The notes below the pieces were generated by a model. That model was not told where the DNA came from and made no database searches. It was given only the letters and a program-made list of their open reading frames with translations. From a bacterium (GTDB lineage: Bacteria > Patescibacteriota > Patescibacteriia > Patescibacteriales > UBA12465), in NCBI GenBank assembly GCA_035400585.1, contig DAOMZR010000001.1, forward strand, positions 370,643 through 434,642: a DNA stretch of 64,000 nucleotides, written 5' to 3'. Position 1 is the stretch's first letter. The number at the start of each line of letters is the position of its first letter. Made by a program: the position numbers and the translations under genes. Shown one piece after another: positions 31,132 to 40,494 of the stretch.

Positions 31132-32433
31132 CTATCTAACCGGCCTTAAAAGCTTGTTACTAGCAAAAACAACAACTTCGCCATTATAAGTGAAAAATTT
31201 GCCAGTTGTAGCAGTAGGGCTAAAGGTATAAAGGACATCACCATCAATGTTATAAATTCCACCGCTGCCTACAGCATGAAGTTCGTTATCAACAATAGCA
31301 ATTTGACGAATGCCACTGGGAACATTCGATAAGTCCCAGGTATCGTTTTGATTATTATATTTATAAATACGATTATAGTGAGTACAATATAGATCATTAT
31401 TGAAACTATTAATAAATCTATGTTGAGAACCTATAACTTGGGCAACCGGAGTAAAAATTGATGTTACATCATTCTCTCTGTATCTTATTCCATAACCAGG
31501 CAACCATAAACGATTATCAACAACATTGTCATCCAGATAGGAGAGATTAACATAAGTATCCGAGGTAAACAATTGAGCTAGGGTATCAACATTATATATT
31601 TTACCAATGTAAGCAAAAATAATATTTCCGTTCCAACTAATAACTGAGTGTCCAAAACGATTATCGGTGCCAGTCTGAATAGTATTTATTTCCCAAGTAT
31701 TTAAATCTATTTCGGAAATTTTAGTATCTCCTGAAGTAAATAATCTACCTCCTACATATACCAAAGTATGACCAGACGAACCAATGCCACCAACCGCCCC
31801 CAATCTAAGATCGGTAGCGTGAAGAAGACTATATTGTCCGTTGCTATACTTCCAAAGTTGTTTATCGGTATCAATAAAAATTAAATCATTTCCAATCGGA
31901 ACAACATCGACAACGTTTTTCTCAAATTCAAAAAAAACTTCATAATAACTGTAATCTGGAAGAACTGGATTATCGGGCGATAAATAAGACTCACAACTAT
32001 TAGCAACTATGCCACCAGGGGTTAAACATTTTGGACCTTCGGGCAAATTAGAGATTACTTCTCCGGTACAAAAAGATAACGTATAGGTAGATCCATCGAC
32101 TCCTGGGGAATATTGATAAGTGTTGGAAGAATTGAGACATTCACCATCAGCCGGAGTTGGAGCGGCAGGAATATTATACATATAAAGTTCACCAGAATTA
32201 GAGCCTATAGAACCAGAACTCCACTCTCCATCGGTTGGATATCTACCATTTTCGTTAAAAAATAATTCTAAAGCGGTTTGAAGTTGTTTAACATCAGCAA
32301 CTCGCTTAGAATCTCTAGCCCTAGAACGAGCTTGTTGCAAAGCAACAACAGCTAGCGTGGCCAGTATTCCAATAATAGCGATAACTACCAAGAGTTCAAT
32401 TAAAGTAAAGGCTTTTTTGTTAACCCTAACCAT
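31132..32433 (-). CDS. type IV pilin-like protein, shared N-terminal pilin module plus ~300-aa C-terminal domain (possible beta-propeller)
   Basis: The prepilin leader plus hydrophobic helix is [31 protein letters not shown]. The first ~135 aa are homologous to the pilins at 35865 and 54977. The C-terminal part has recurring IYN(V/I)D- and YKYN-like strand motifs. Confidence 0.85.
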   Translation of the reverse strand: MVRVNKKAFTLIELLVVIAIIGILATLAVVALQQARSRARDSKRVADVKQLQTALELFFNENGRYPTDGEWSSGSIGSNSGELYMYNIPAAPTPADGECLNSSNTYQYSPGVDGSTYTLSFCTGEVISNLPEGPKCLTPGGIVANSCESYLSPDNPVLPDYSYYEVFFEFEKNVVDVVPIGNDLIFIDTDKQLWKYSNGQYSLLHATDLRLGAVGGIGSSGHTLVYVGGRLFTSGDTKISEIDLNTWEINTIQTGTDNRFGHSVISWNGNIIFAYIGKIYNVDTLAQLFTSDTYVNLSYLDDNVVDNRLWLPGYGIRYRENDVTSIFTPVAQVIGSQHRFINSFNNDLYCTHYNRIYKYNNQNDTWDLSNVPSGIRQIAIVDNELHAVGSGGIYNIDGDVLYTFSPTATTGKFFTYNGEVVVFASNKLLRPVR

Positions 32434-32478
32434 AAAATTATATTTTAATTATAGCCTATCTATATAAAAAACAGTATT

Positions 32479-34305
32479 TTAAATACTGTTTTTTTCTCCA
32501 ACAATTTTTTCAAACTCTTCTTTTTCAATCGTTTCTTTTTCCATCAAAACTTTCACTATTTTTTCCAAATAATCTTTTTTATCAGACAAAATTTTTTCAG
32601 CTTTCTTTTTGGAAGATTCTATAAAGTTAGACATTTCTTCATCTATAACCTCGGCTATCTTTTCACTATAATCGCGCTGTTCATGTATTTCTCTACCCAA
32701 AAAAATCATTTCTTCTTTTTCACCAAAAGTTCTAGGTCCGAGCTTTTCGCTCATTCCATAATCAGTGATAAGTCTTCTGGCTATACTGGTTGCTCTTCTT
32801 AAATCAGACGTAGCTCCAGTTGTGACTTCGCCAAAAATTTTTTTCTCAGTAATGTGACCGGCCAATAGGACAGCTATTTCGTCTAAGAAATAATTTTTAG
32901 AATATAATCTTTTGTCATTGGTTGGTAATTTTAAAGTATAGCCACCAGCTTGACCACGAGCAATGATTGAAATTTTATGAACTGGATCGGCATTCGGCAA
33001 AAAATGAGCCACTAAAGCATGCCCAGCTTCGTGATAAGCAGTTACTTCTTTTTCATGATCAGTTATAACTCTACTTTTTCTTTCCGGTCCCATTAAAACT
33101 TTTTCGATGGCTTCAAACAAATCTTTAATATCAATAATTTTTTTATCTTGTCTGGCGGCCAAAATAGCAGCTTCGTTCAAAACGTTAGCTAAATCAGCTC
33201 CGCTAAAACCTGGGGTTCTTTCAGCAATTTTTTTAATTTCAATTTCTTTAGACAGTGGTTTTTTTCTAGCATGAACTTCTAAAATTTCTTCTCTATCTTT
33301 TAAATCAGGGAGGTCAATCACAACTTGACGATCAAAGCGTCCCGGACGAAGAAGTGCTGGATCTAAAACATCTGGCCGATTAGTTGCGGCAATGACAATA
33401 ATATTAACAGTTGGATCAAACCCATCCATCTCAACTAGTATTTGATTTAAAGTTTGCTCTCTTTCATCGTGCGATCCGCCAAGTCCTGCTCCACGACGAC
33501 GACCAACAGCGTCAATTTCATCTATGAAAACTATACAAGGCGAATTCTTTTTAGCTTTTTGAAATAAAGATCTGACACGAGAAGCTCCAACTCCAACAAA
33601 CATTTCCACAAACTCTGAACCAGATATACTATAGAAAGGAACATTAGCTTCGCCAGCCACAGCTTTGGCCATTAAAGTTTTTCCTGTTCCTGGACTGCCC
33701 AAAAGCAAAACTCCCTTAGGAATTTTTGCTCCTAACTCGTGAAACTTTTTAGGAAATCTTAAAAAATCTACTATCTCTGCTAATTCCTGTTTTGCTTCTT
33801 TAGCACCAGCAACATCTTTGAATGTAGTTTTATTTTTTTGATTGTTATCAAATTCTCTGGCCTGAGATTGTCCAAACATCATAGCTTTAGAATTGGCACC
33901 TGAAACGCCCCTCATCATAAAAAACATAAAAGCTGCTACTAAAACAAATGGGATTAAAAATGGCAAAATAGACATCAGCAAAACATTAAAGCCATCCTTC
34001 TCCATTACTTTAATTTCAATTTTGGATGTCTTTTCTGGTAAAACTGAGAAATTATTAAACAATTCCGAAAGAGATTCTCCCTCCTCTTTTTTAACAATTT
34101 TTTTCTCATCTGAATTTAAAACAACATTTAATTCATTGCCACTAACTGAAATTTCTTTAATCTGTTCATCGTTTACCAAAGAAATAAAACTATTTATGCC
34201 AATAACTTCTGGCTTACTGACACCTTCGGAAAAAATACTAAACAAACTAGCAATTACTAAAAAAATAAATAAAAACACTAAACTATTTTTCATTAAAGAT
34301 TTCAT
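32479..34305 (-). CDS. ftsH: ATP-dependent zinc metalloprotease FtsH
   Basis: The AAA Walker A motif GSPGTGKT, the second region of homology, and the HEAGH zinc site are present. The track start is a TTG codon, so I use the ATG at 34305. Confidence 0.93.
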   Translation of the reverse strand: MKSLMKNSLVFLFIFLVIASLFSIFSEGVSKPEVIGINSFISLVNDEQIKEISVSGNELNVVLNSDEKKIVKKEEGESLSELFNNFSVLPEKTSKIEIKVMEKDGFNVLLMSILPFLIPFVLVAAFMFFMMRGVSGANSKAMMFGQSQAREFDNNQKNKTTFKDVAGAKEAKQELAEIVDFLRFPKKFHELGAKIPKGVLLLGSPGTGKTLMAKAVAGEANVPFYSISGSEFVEMFVGVGASRVRSLFQKAKKNSPCIVFIDEIDAVGRRRGAGLGGSHDEREQTLNQILVEMDGFDPTVNIIVIAATNRPDVLDPALLRPGRFDRQVVIDLPDLKDREEILEVHARKKPLSKEIEIKKIAERTPGFSGADLANVLNEAAILAARQDKKIIDIKDLFEAIEKVLMGPERKSRVITDHEKEVTAYHEAGHALVAHFLPNADPVHKISIIARGQAGGYTLKLPTNDKRLYSKNYFLDEIAVLLAGHITEKKIFGEVTTGATSDLRRATSIARRLITDYGMSEKLGPRTFGEKEEMIFLGREIHEQRDYSEKIAEVIDEEMSNFIESSKKKAEKILSDKKDYLEKIVKVLMEKETIEKEEFEKIVGEKNSI

Positions 34306-34395
34306 AATTATCAAAATAAATTTTTTAAAACAAAAATTTCCGAAATATCGGTTTCAAATTTATTATATATTATTTTAAGCTAATTGTCCAAAAAC

Positions 34396-34422
34396 AAAAA
34401 ACGGGCATCAAGCCCGTTTTTT
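34396..34422 (-). terminator. terminator after rpsA (bidirectional shape)
   Basis: The stem ACGGGC (34401-34406) / GCCCGT (34412-34417) is flanked by an A-run and a T-run. Confidence 0.65.
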
Positions 34423-34434
34423 ATCAAATCTATC

Positions 34435-35601
34435 TTATTTCTTTTCTTTTTTAGTAGTTTTTTTCTCTTTAACCTCTTCTTTTTCAGTTTCACTTTCAAT
34501 TTCTTCTTTTTTCTTTTTTGCCTTTTTACCATCAACTAATTTTAAACCTAAACGATGATCGCTAGCAGAGATGGAAATTATTTCGAATTCTTTTTCTTCG
34601 CCAGCTTTGAAAATATCGTTAACTTTATCTTTTGGATTTATTCCTAGTTGAGTAATGTGAGCTAGACCATGAATTTCATCATCTAATTTAACGAATAGTC
34701 CGAAAGGATTTACCTTTAAAATAGTTCCTTTAACAACTTGAGCAACCTTATATTTTTCAACTGCTTTTTTCCATGGATCTTCAACTATTTTTTTAGCACT
34801 TAAGAAAATCTTATTGTTGTCTAGGTTAACTATTTCAGCTCTGATATCGTCACCAACTTTATACATTTTATCCAAAGAATCAATTCTTTGCCAAGCTAAC
34901 TCTGAAATATGAATCAAGCCTTCCATTCCCTCACCAAAACTAATAAACACACCAAAATTAGTAACAGCTGAGATCTTACCATCAACCACCATTCCGACTT
35001 TGTATTTATCAATAATATGTTTTTGTTTTTTATTCCAAACGTCTTTTTCGCTGAATATTATCTTATCTGATTCTTCTCCTAGATTGATGACGTTAACCTC
35101 TATTTCGTTGCCAACAAAAGATTTTAATTTTTCTAATATTTTTTGTTTATCTCCACCACTAACACGAGGATAATTCTCTGGAGATAATTGTGAAACCGGC
35201 AAGAAACCAGTTATTTGATTGTGTTTAACCAAAAGACCACCCTTGTTAGCATCTAAAACTTTAACTTTAATAACTTCTCTGTCCTTGAAAGCTTGTTCCA
35301 ACTTAGCCCAAGCTTTTTCTTGACCAGCTTGTCTAAATGATAATTCCAATTCTCCATTTTCATTTTCTTCGTCAATAACAGTGGCTTCAATTTCGTTGCC
35401 CGGTTTTAAATTGTCAAAATCATCAGCATCAAAATAAAGCTCTGGTCCACGAACAACACCAACGAAAATACCGTCGATATCTATTCTAACTTCTGATTTA
35501 GAAGCTGAAATTATTTTTCCAATAACGGTGTCTCCAACTTTAGGAATTTTAATTTCATCCTTCTCTAACAAACTAGCTAAAATGCTATTGTTGTTATCCA
35601 T
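34435..35601 (-). CDS. rpsA: 30S ribosomal protein S1 (four S1 domains) with K/E-rich tail
   Basis: This is a 388-aa product with repeated S1 OB-fold motifs (GxxVxGxV...GFVxL..gl.GLiHiSel). The charged tail is KKAKKKKEEIESETEKEE. Confidence 0.88.
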   Translation of the reverse strand: MDNNNSILASLLEKDEIKIPKVGDTVIGKIISASKSEVRIDIDGIFVGVVRGPELYFDADDFDNLKPGNEIEATVIDEENENGELELSFRQAGQEKAWAKLEQAFKDREVIKVKVLDANKGGLLVKHNQITGFLPVSQLSPENYPRVSGGDKQKILEKLKSFVGNEIEVNVINLGEESDKIIFSEKDVWNKKQKHIIDKYKVGMVVDGKISAVTNFGVFISFGEGMEGLIHISELAWQRIDSLDKMYKVGDDIRAEIVNLDNNKIFLSAKKIVEDPWKKAVEKYKVAQVVKGTILKVNPFGLFVKLDDEIHGLAHITQLGINPKDKVNDIFKAGEEKEFEIISISASDHRLGLKLVDGKKAKKKKEEIESETEKEEVKEKKTTKKEKK

Positions 35602-35657
35602 ATAAAAGTTTCTTTTTATCTATTTTAAAAAGGTTATTAAAATAAAAAAAGATTAAC

Positions 35658-35706
35658 TTAGCCCCAAACACTGACATAGTCAGCTTGCAAGCTCCCTGGG
35701 CGCTAA
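35658..35706 (-). promoter_or_regulatory. G+C-rich structured element in the rpsA 5' leader
   Basis: The closing helix is TTAGCCCC (35658-35665) / GGGCGCTAA (35698-35706, with one bulge). Inside lie hairpin CTGAC-ATA-GTCAG (35671-35683) and palindrome AGCTTGCAAGCT (35682-35693). The element sits between a plausible promoter (TTGCTT-17-TAATAT on the minus strand, about 35745-35775) and the rpsA ATG at 35601. Confidence 0.4.
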
Positions 35707-35794
35707 AACCAAGGAATTTATAAAAAGCGCTAAATTCTATTTTTAATATCTTTATATTACTTGATTATTTTAAAAAAAGCAATACTTGTTGTTA

Positions 35795-35823
35795 AAAACA
35801 AAAAAGCCCGAAGAAATCGGGCT
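35795..35823 (-). terminator. terminator after pilin gene 35865..36911
   Basis: The stem is AGCCCG (35805-35810) / CGGGCT (35818-35823). The plus-strand A-run upstream gives a U-tract on the minus strand. Confidence 0.7.
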
Positions 35824-35864
35824 TTAAAATGTAATATTTAAAAACTAAAAAATTAAAATAAATT

Positions 35865-36911
35865 TTATTGAGAAAAACCAACTAGTCTAATCGCTCTAAC
35901 TTTGTGGGAATTGATTTTTAAATCGGTTGGTGCTGGTATAGCATTTGCTTCTTTTACAAAAAAATTTAAAACTTTGTTTTTATAGGACATTGGCGGTTCT
36001 ACGTAGAAAATATTAGCCCCGTTAGCAGGATCTATTGGATCTTCGGTTGATGTCCAATAGTACCCAGATAAACCAGCCCCTTGCAAATTGCTAGACATAA
36101 TATTAATTAACTCACTATATGATGGTAAAAACCAATCATCGTAGCCACCGCCCCTATAATCACTAGCTAACTTAGCGGCCCCACTAGAACCAACGCAGCT
36201 TGGATCATAACTCAAAATATCATTTGTGCTATCAATACCACAATATCCAGAATAATTAAAAGTATCAGTAGTTTCAACACCTGCACAACCCCAAGAAGTT
36301 CCAGAGCTTTGATCCTCTTCAGCTACAACTAAGGCAAAATCTTGCCAATTATTAGTCGGGCAAGTTATAGGATAGCCAGAAGTGTCTCTATAAATAACAA
36401 TACCACCGCCACAACTATCTCCCACCACTGAATCAATTGTACACTCTGGCTCTGTTGCTGGTTGAGATGGCGCCCCGCTAGAAGAAAGTATTATTCCGCC
36501 TGGAGTTAAATATTTTGCACCATCTGGCAAGTCAGCTACTTGTTTGCCAGTACAAAAATCTACAGTATAAGTATCACCATTTACCGAAGGCGTGTAGGTG
36601 TAAGTGTTGGAAGCCGACGTACAATCACCATCAGCTGGAGATGGGGCAGCTGGAATGTTATACATAAAAATTTCTCCACTAGAATCAGAAACAATCTGAC
36701 CAGAGCTCCACTCGCCCTGAGTTGGATAACGACCATTTTCACTAAAAAACAATTCTAAAGCAGTTTGGAGTTGTTTCATGTCAGCCATTCTCTTGCTATC
36801 ACGAGCACGAGAACGAGCTTGTTGCAAGGCAACTACCGCTAAAGTGGCGAGTATTCCAATGATGGCAATAACCACCAAAAGTTCGATCAAAGTAAAGGCT
36901 TTTTTCCTCAT
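35865..36911 (-). CDS. type IV pilin-like protein, shared N-terminal module plus DUF1566 (Lcl C-terminal)-like domain
   Basis: The product begins [33 protein letters not shown]. The C-terminal [14 protein letters not shown] and YYWTSTE resemble the DUF1566 signature (WRLPT..EL, YWSS) as I remember it. Confidence 0.8.
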   Translation of the reverse strand: MRKKAFTLIELLVVIAIIGILATLAVVALQQARSRARDSKRMADMKQLQTALELFFSENGRYPTQGEWSSGQIVSDSSGEIFMYNIPAAPSPADGDCTSASNTYTYTPSVNGDTYTVDFCTGKQVADLPDGAKYLTPGGIILSSSGAPSQPATEPECTIDSVVGDSCGGGIVIYRDTSGYPITCPTNNWQDFALVVAEEDQSSGTSWGCAGVETTDTFNYSGYCGIDSTNDILSYDPSCVGSSGAAKLASDYRGGGYDDWFLPSYSELINIMSSNLQGAGLSGYYWTSTEDPIDPANGANIFYVEPPMSYKNKVLNFFVKEANAIPAPTDLKINSHKVRAIRLVGFSQ

Positions 36912-37016
36912 ATTTTTTTAAATAAAAATAAAAATAAAAAATATTACTATTTAAATAAATTTATCATTTTTTTATATTTTTGTAAACATTTAAAAAATAA
37001 AGTAAAAAAATTAACC

Positions 37017-38285
37017 TTAAATTTTCAAGTTCTTTTTAATTTCCAGTTCTTTGATTCCATCTCCAATAACAGCTAAATTTAAAGATTTGTTAACAAATAA
37101 ATTATTAGCCACTCTTCTAATGTCCTGGCTAGAAACTTTTTTAATTTTTTTCAAAGCCTCGTCGGGTGACAAAAATTTCTTAGAAAAAGGAAATTGATGA
37201 CCATACCAACTAGTAAAATCATCTGTTCCCTCCATGTTAACAATCAGTTTGCCGGCAAATAAATCTTTGGCTTTTTGTAACTCCTCTTTACCGACCAATT
37301 CTTTTTTTAATTTTTTGTATTCATTTAAAATAACCCTAACTGATTCATTTAACTTATCTTTTGGTATCCCAGCTTGAACGCTAACGTAACCACAATCAGA
37401 ATAAAGTTCAACATTACTACGAACATAATAGGCCAAACCACGACGCTCTCGAAGCTCGATAAACAACCTAGAACTCATTGATCCACCGAGAATAATAGAC
37501 AAAAGTTTTAAAACTTTTTCATCTTTATGATTTGAAGGAAAAGCTCTAAAACCAAGGGACAAGGTTATTTGATCTGTTTTTTTATTTTTAATTTTTACAC
37601 TGGGGATTTTTTGAGTTTCTACAACTTTAATTTTGTTTTTATATTTATTTTTCCTAAATTCACCAAACTTTTTCTCTAACTCTTTTTTAATTTTGTCATC
37701 AGAAAAATCGCCAGCCACAAAAACAGCTGATCCATTAGCGCCATACTGACTATCATAATAATCTAAAAAATCTTGACGATTCAAATTTAAAATATTTTCT
37801 TTGAAACCAATTGTATCCCAACCAGCTGGCGTGTCTCCATAAAGACAAGACTCAAAAACATCTTCAATATACATCAAGGGATTGTCTTCATACATATTCA
37901 ACTCTTCAATAATAACACCTCTCTCTCTGTCAATTTCTGCTTGTTCAAATTTTGAATTAATGAGCATATCACTCAACACATCCAGAGCTACATTAAATTT
38001 AGCTTTCTGAGATTTGATATAATAACCAGTATATTCTTTGCCAGTAAAAGCATTAAACTCGGCTCCAATTGAATCAAGTTCGCCCGAAAGATCACGAGTT
38101 GTTGGTCTGTTTTTTGTTCCCTTAAAAAACATATGTTCTAAAAAATGAGACAAACCGGAATTCTGACGATTTTCATATTTAGATCCAGTTTTAAACATAA
38201 CCAAAACTGTGGCTGACTTAGCGCGAGGAATATTAACCAAAAAGGTCGGCATTCCATTACTTAAAATAATTTTTTTAACATTCAT
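37017..38285 (-). CDS. M16-family zinc peptidase (pitrilysin-like)
   Basis: The inverted zinc motif HFLEHMFFKGT (HxxEH) is present. The product is 422 aa. Confidence 0.88.
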   Translation of the reverse strand: MNVKKIILSNGMPTFLVNIPRAKSATVLVMFKTGSKYENRQNSGLSHFLEHMFFKGTKNRPTTRDLSGELDSIGAEFNAFTGKEYTGYYIKSQKAKFNVALDVLSDMLINSKFEQAEIDRERGVIIEELNMYEDNPLMYIEDVFESCLYGDTPAGWDTIGFKENILNLNRQDFLDYYDSQYGANGSAVFVAGDFSDDKIKKELEKKFGEFRKNKYKNKIKVVETQKIPSVKIKNKKTDQITLSLGFRAFPSNHKDEKVLKLLSIILGGSMSSRLFIELRERRGLAYYVRSNVELYSDCGYVSVQAGIPKDKLNESVRVILNEYKKLKKELVGKEELQKAKDLFAGKLIVNMEGTDDFTSWYGHQFPFSKKFLSPDEALKKIKKVSSQDIRRVANNLFVNKSLNLAVIGDGIKELEIKKNLKI

Positions 38286-38402
38286 AAGATTAATTTTTTT
38301 AAAAACAAAAAAACGGTTTAAATAAAATTTATTTAATTATAATTCATTTTAATTATATCAAATATATGTTATAATTGGAATAATTAAAATTAATAAAATT
38401 CT

Positions 38403-39119
38403 ATGAAGTATAAAATGAAGGATAATAATATAATTATCAATCGTAACAAAAAATACAACATAGTTGCTATCAGAGACAGAATAGAAGATGAAAAGCCCAG
38501 GGAAAAAATGATAAAAATGAGCCCCGAAACCCTATCTTCGGCTGAACTATTAGCTGTAATTTTAAATTCCGGAACCAAAAAGGAAGAAGTGTTAAGCATG
38601 GCCGACAGAATATTAAAAGAGTACGGAAAAAATTCAATAATCAATGAAAAAAATCCAAAAAATATAGAAAAACAATTCGGATTGCCACTAGTTAAATCCT
38701 GCCAAATAGTAGCTTGCTTTGAATTGGGGCGCCGTTTTTTTAATGAAAATAAAATTGGAACAATTACAATCAGAAACGCCAAGCAAGCCTTCGAACATCT
38801 TAAAGATATGGGCAATTTAAATAAAGAGCATTTCAAGGGTCTTTATTTAAATAGTCGTTATAAACTGGTACATAGCGAAACAATTTCCATCGGAACTTTA
38901 GATGCTAGCATAATACATCCTCGAGAAGTTTTTAAACCAGCCTTAGAATATTCAGCCAGTGCAGTTATAATTGCCCACAATCATCCTTCTGGTGTTTTAA
39001 AGCCAAGCAAAGAAGATCTAGAAATAAACACCAAACTTAAAGAGGCGGGAGAAATACTGGGAATTGAAATTCTTGATCATCTAATAATTTCTAAAAATAA
39101 ATTTATAAGCCTATCTTAA
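38403..39119 (+). CDS. radC: RadC-like JAMM domain protein
   Basis: The motifs PREKM...LSSAELLAVIL and HNHPSG (JAMM) are present. The antisense ORF 38390..38836 is rejected. Confidence 0.88.
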   Translation: MKYKMKDNNIIINRNKKYNIVAIRDRIEDEKPREKMIKMSPETLSSAELLAVILNSGTKKEEVLSMADRILKEYGKNSIINEKNPKNIEKQFGLPLVKSCQIVACFELGRRFFNENKIGTITIRNAKQAFEHLKDMGNLNKEHFKGLYLNSRYKLVHSETISIGTLDASIIHPREVFKPALEYSASAVIIAHNHPSGVLKPSKEDLEINTKLKEAGEILGIEILDHLIISKNKFISLS

Positions 39120-39352
39120 TGAATGATAAAAATTATAAAATTGAAAATCATAATTTAATAATTAAGGATCAAAAAAGTACCAGACAACATATAAAACAAA
39201 ATGACTACTTCGGAACAACAGCTACAATATTAAATTTGCTTAGCCAAAATAAATTTATAAACGATAACTCTGAAATTAGAAAAATTTTAAAAAAAATCAG
39301 TAAAGAATTTGCCTATTTACAAAAAAATTATGAGATAAAAAAAAGACCCTGA
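39119..39352 (+). CDS. small hypothetical protein
   Basis: This is a 77-aa ORF. Its start overlaps the radC stop (TAATG). Its stop lies inside the terminator stem. Confidence 0.5.
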   Translation: MNDKNYKIENHNLIIKDQKSTRQHIKQNDYFGTTATILNLLSQNKFINDNSEIRKILKKISKEFAYLQKNYEIKKRP

Positions 39353-39374
39353 TTTTATTCAGGGTTATTTTTTT
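39346..39374 (+). terminator. rho-independent terminator
   Basis: The stem is ACCCTGA (39346-39352) / TCAGGGT (39359-39365), followed by a T-run. Confidence 0.7.
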
Positions 39375-39390
39375 AAAAACATTAACATTG

Positions 39391-40287
39391 TTAATGCTGA
39401 TAAATCTGAGCTTCAAATTTATCAACGAAAGAAACTAAGGAATCAAAAAGTTTTTCTGGATTAACTTTTGACGGTTTTGTAGCTGGACTTTTTCTACTGC
39501 CACGACAAATAAGTCTTTTGCCAGGATCAATAAACCAATTATTTTCTCCTTCACCGAATTTCTCGCCAGCTTCTTCAACAATCTTACGAACAACACTGAC
39601 AAGTTCATCGGATTTCAAACGAGAATCACCCACAACCACACCTAAATCATTACCATCGATATAAACCACCACCTTTTTTCCTTGATTGAAGAGCAAACCA
39701 CTAGGAACATGGCTGTTCTTAACCAGGGCAACCTTGGTGTTTGGGTCCACACACTTCAAATTTTCTTTAATTTCTCTTGATTTAGAAATCAGGTTAAAAT
39801 GATTTTCTAAATTCTCAAAAAACTTAATGAAAATTTGATAATCGTCGTTACTAACATTAGTGTGATAACCCATAAAAACCTTTAATAAACCACGAAGATC
39901 AACTAAATCATTTTTTTCTGCTTCAGGAAATTTTAAATTTTTTAGAGATCCAATACCTTCGGAATCGTGTTTATCGACAAAAGTAGTTAAGGAAACAACA
40001 GCTCTTCTTATTTCCTTATCAACACTTTCCAAATTATGGTCCAAGAGGCTCATTAAACAAGACCTAGTTCGATTGTATTTAAATTCCCCTTTAATCCCTT
40101 TGCCACCGGCATAAATATCCAAAGCAAAATCTCCTTCTTCTATTTCCTGCCCATCCCAGTTAGCTGGTTTAAAAATGATTTCAACTTCTTCTGGTTTTTT
40201 CTTTAAAATAAATTTTAAAAAAAACCAAACAGAACATGCTGCATCCATATCGATACTAACATGAGTGAAAATCCTTGTTTTTTTCAT
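39391..40287 (-). CDS. hypothetical protein (weak DHH-like N-terminal motif)
   Basis: The track start at 40323 is a TTG codon, so I use the ATG at 40287 (MKKTRIFTHVSIDMDAACS). The H..D.D pattern only weakly recalls DHH phosphoesterases. Confidence 0.6.
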   Translation of the reverse strand: MKKTRIFTHVSIDMDAACSVWFFLKFILKKKPEEVEIIFKPANWDGQEIEEGDFALDIYAGGKGIKGEFKYNRTRSCLMSLLDHNLESVDKEIRRAVVSLTTFVDKHDSEGIGSLKNLKFPEAEKNDLVDLRGLLKVFMGYHTNVSNDDYQIFIKFFENLENHFNLISKSREIKENLKCVDPNTKVALVKNSHVPSGLLFNQGKKVVVYIDGNDLGVVVGDSRLKSDELVSVVRKIVEEAGEKFGEGENNWFIDPGKRLICRGSRKSPATKPSKVNPEKLFDSLVSFVDKFEAQIYQH

Positions 40288-40363
40288 TTTATATATATTT
40301 ATTTGTTTTTTTTCAAAGTACAAAATTGGCTGACAAAATCTGGACAGCCTAGACTAACCGCTG

Positions 40364-40392
40364 ATAATATCATATTTACAAAAAAAAGTCAA
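40364..40392 (-). promoter_or_regulatory. promoter TTGACT-17-TATTAT
   Basis: On the minus strand, TTGACT lies at 40392-40387 and TATTAT at 40369-40364. Confidence 0.55.
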
Positions 40393-40494
40393 TAGAGGAA
40401 CAAAAATATAAGCAAAAAAGTAATGTTAACATAATTAGCCAAATTATTTTAAAAATGTTAGAATGAAAGAACAAATCAATAAAATCAAACAATT

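Noticed and set aside
38390-38836. Track ORF 38390..38836 (-), 148 aa.
   Set aside because: It is antisense to radC, which has the JAMM HNHPSG motif. The product is hydrophobic low-complexity, typical of antisense frames in AT-rich DNA.
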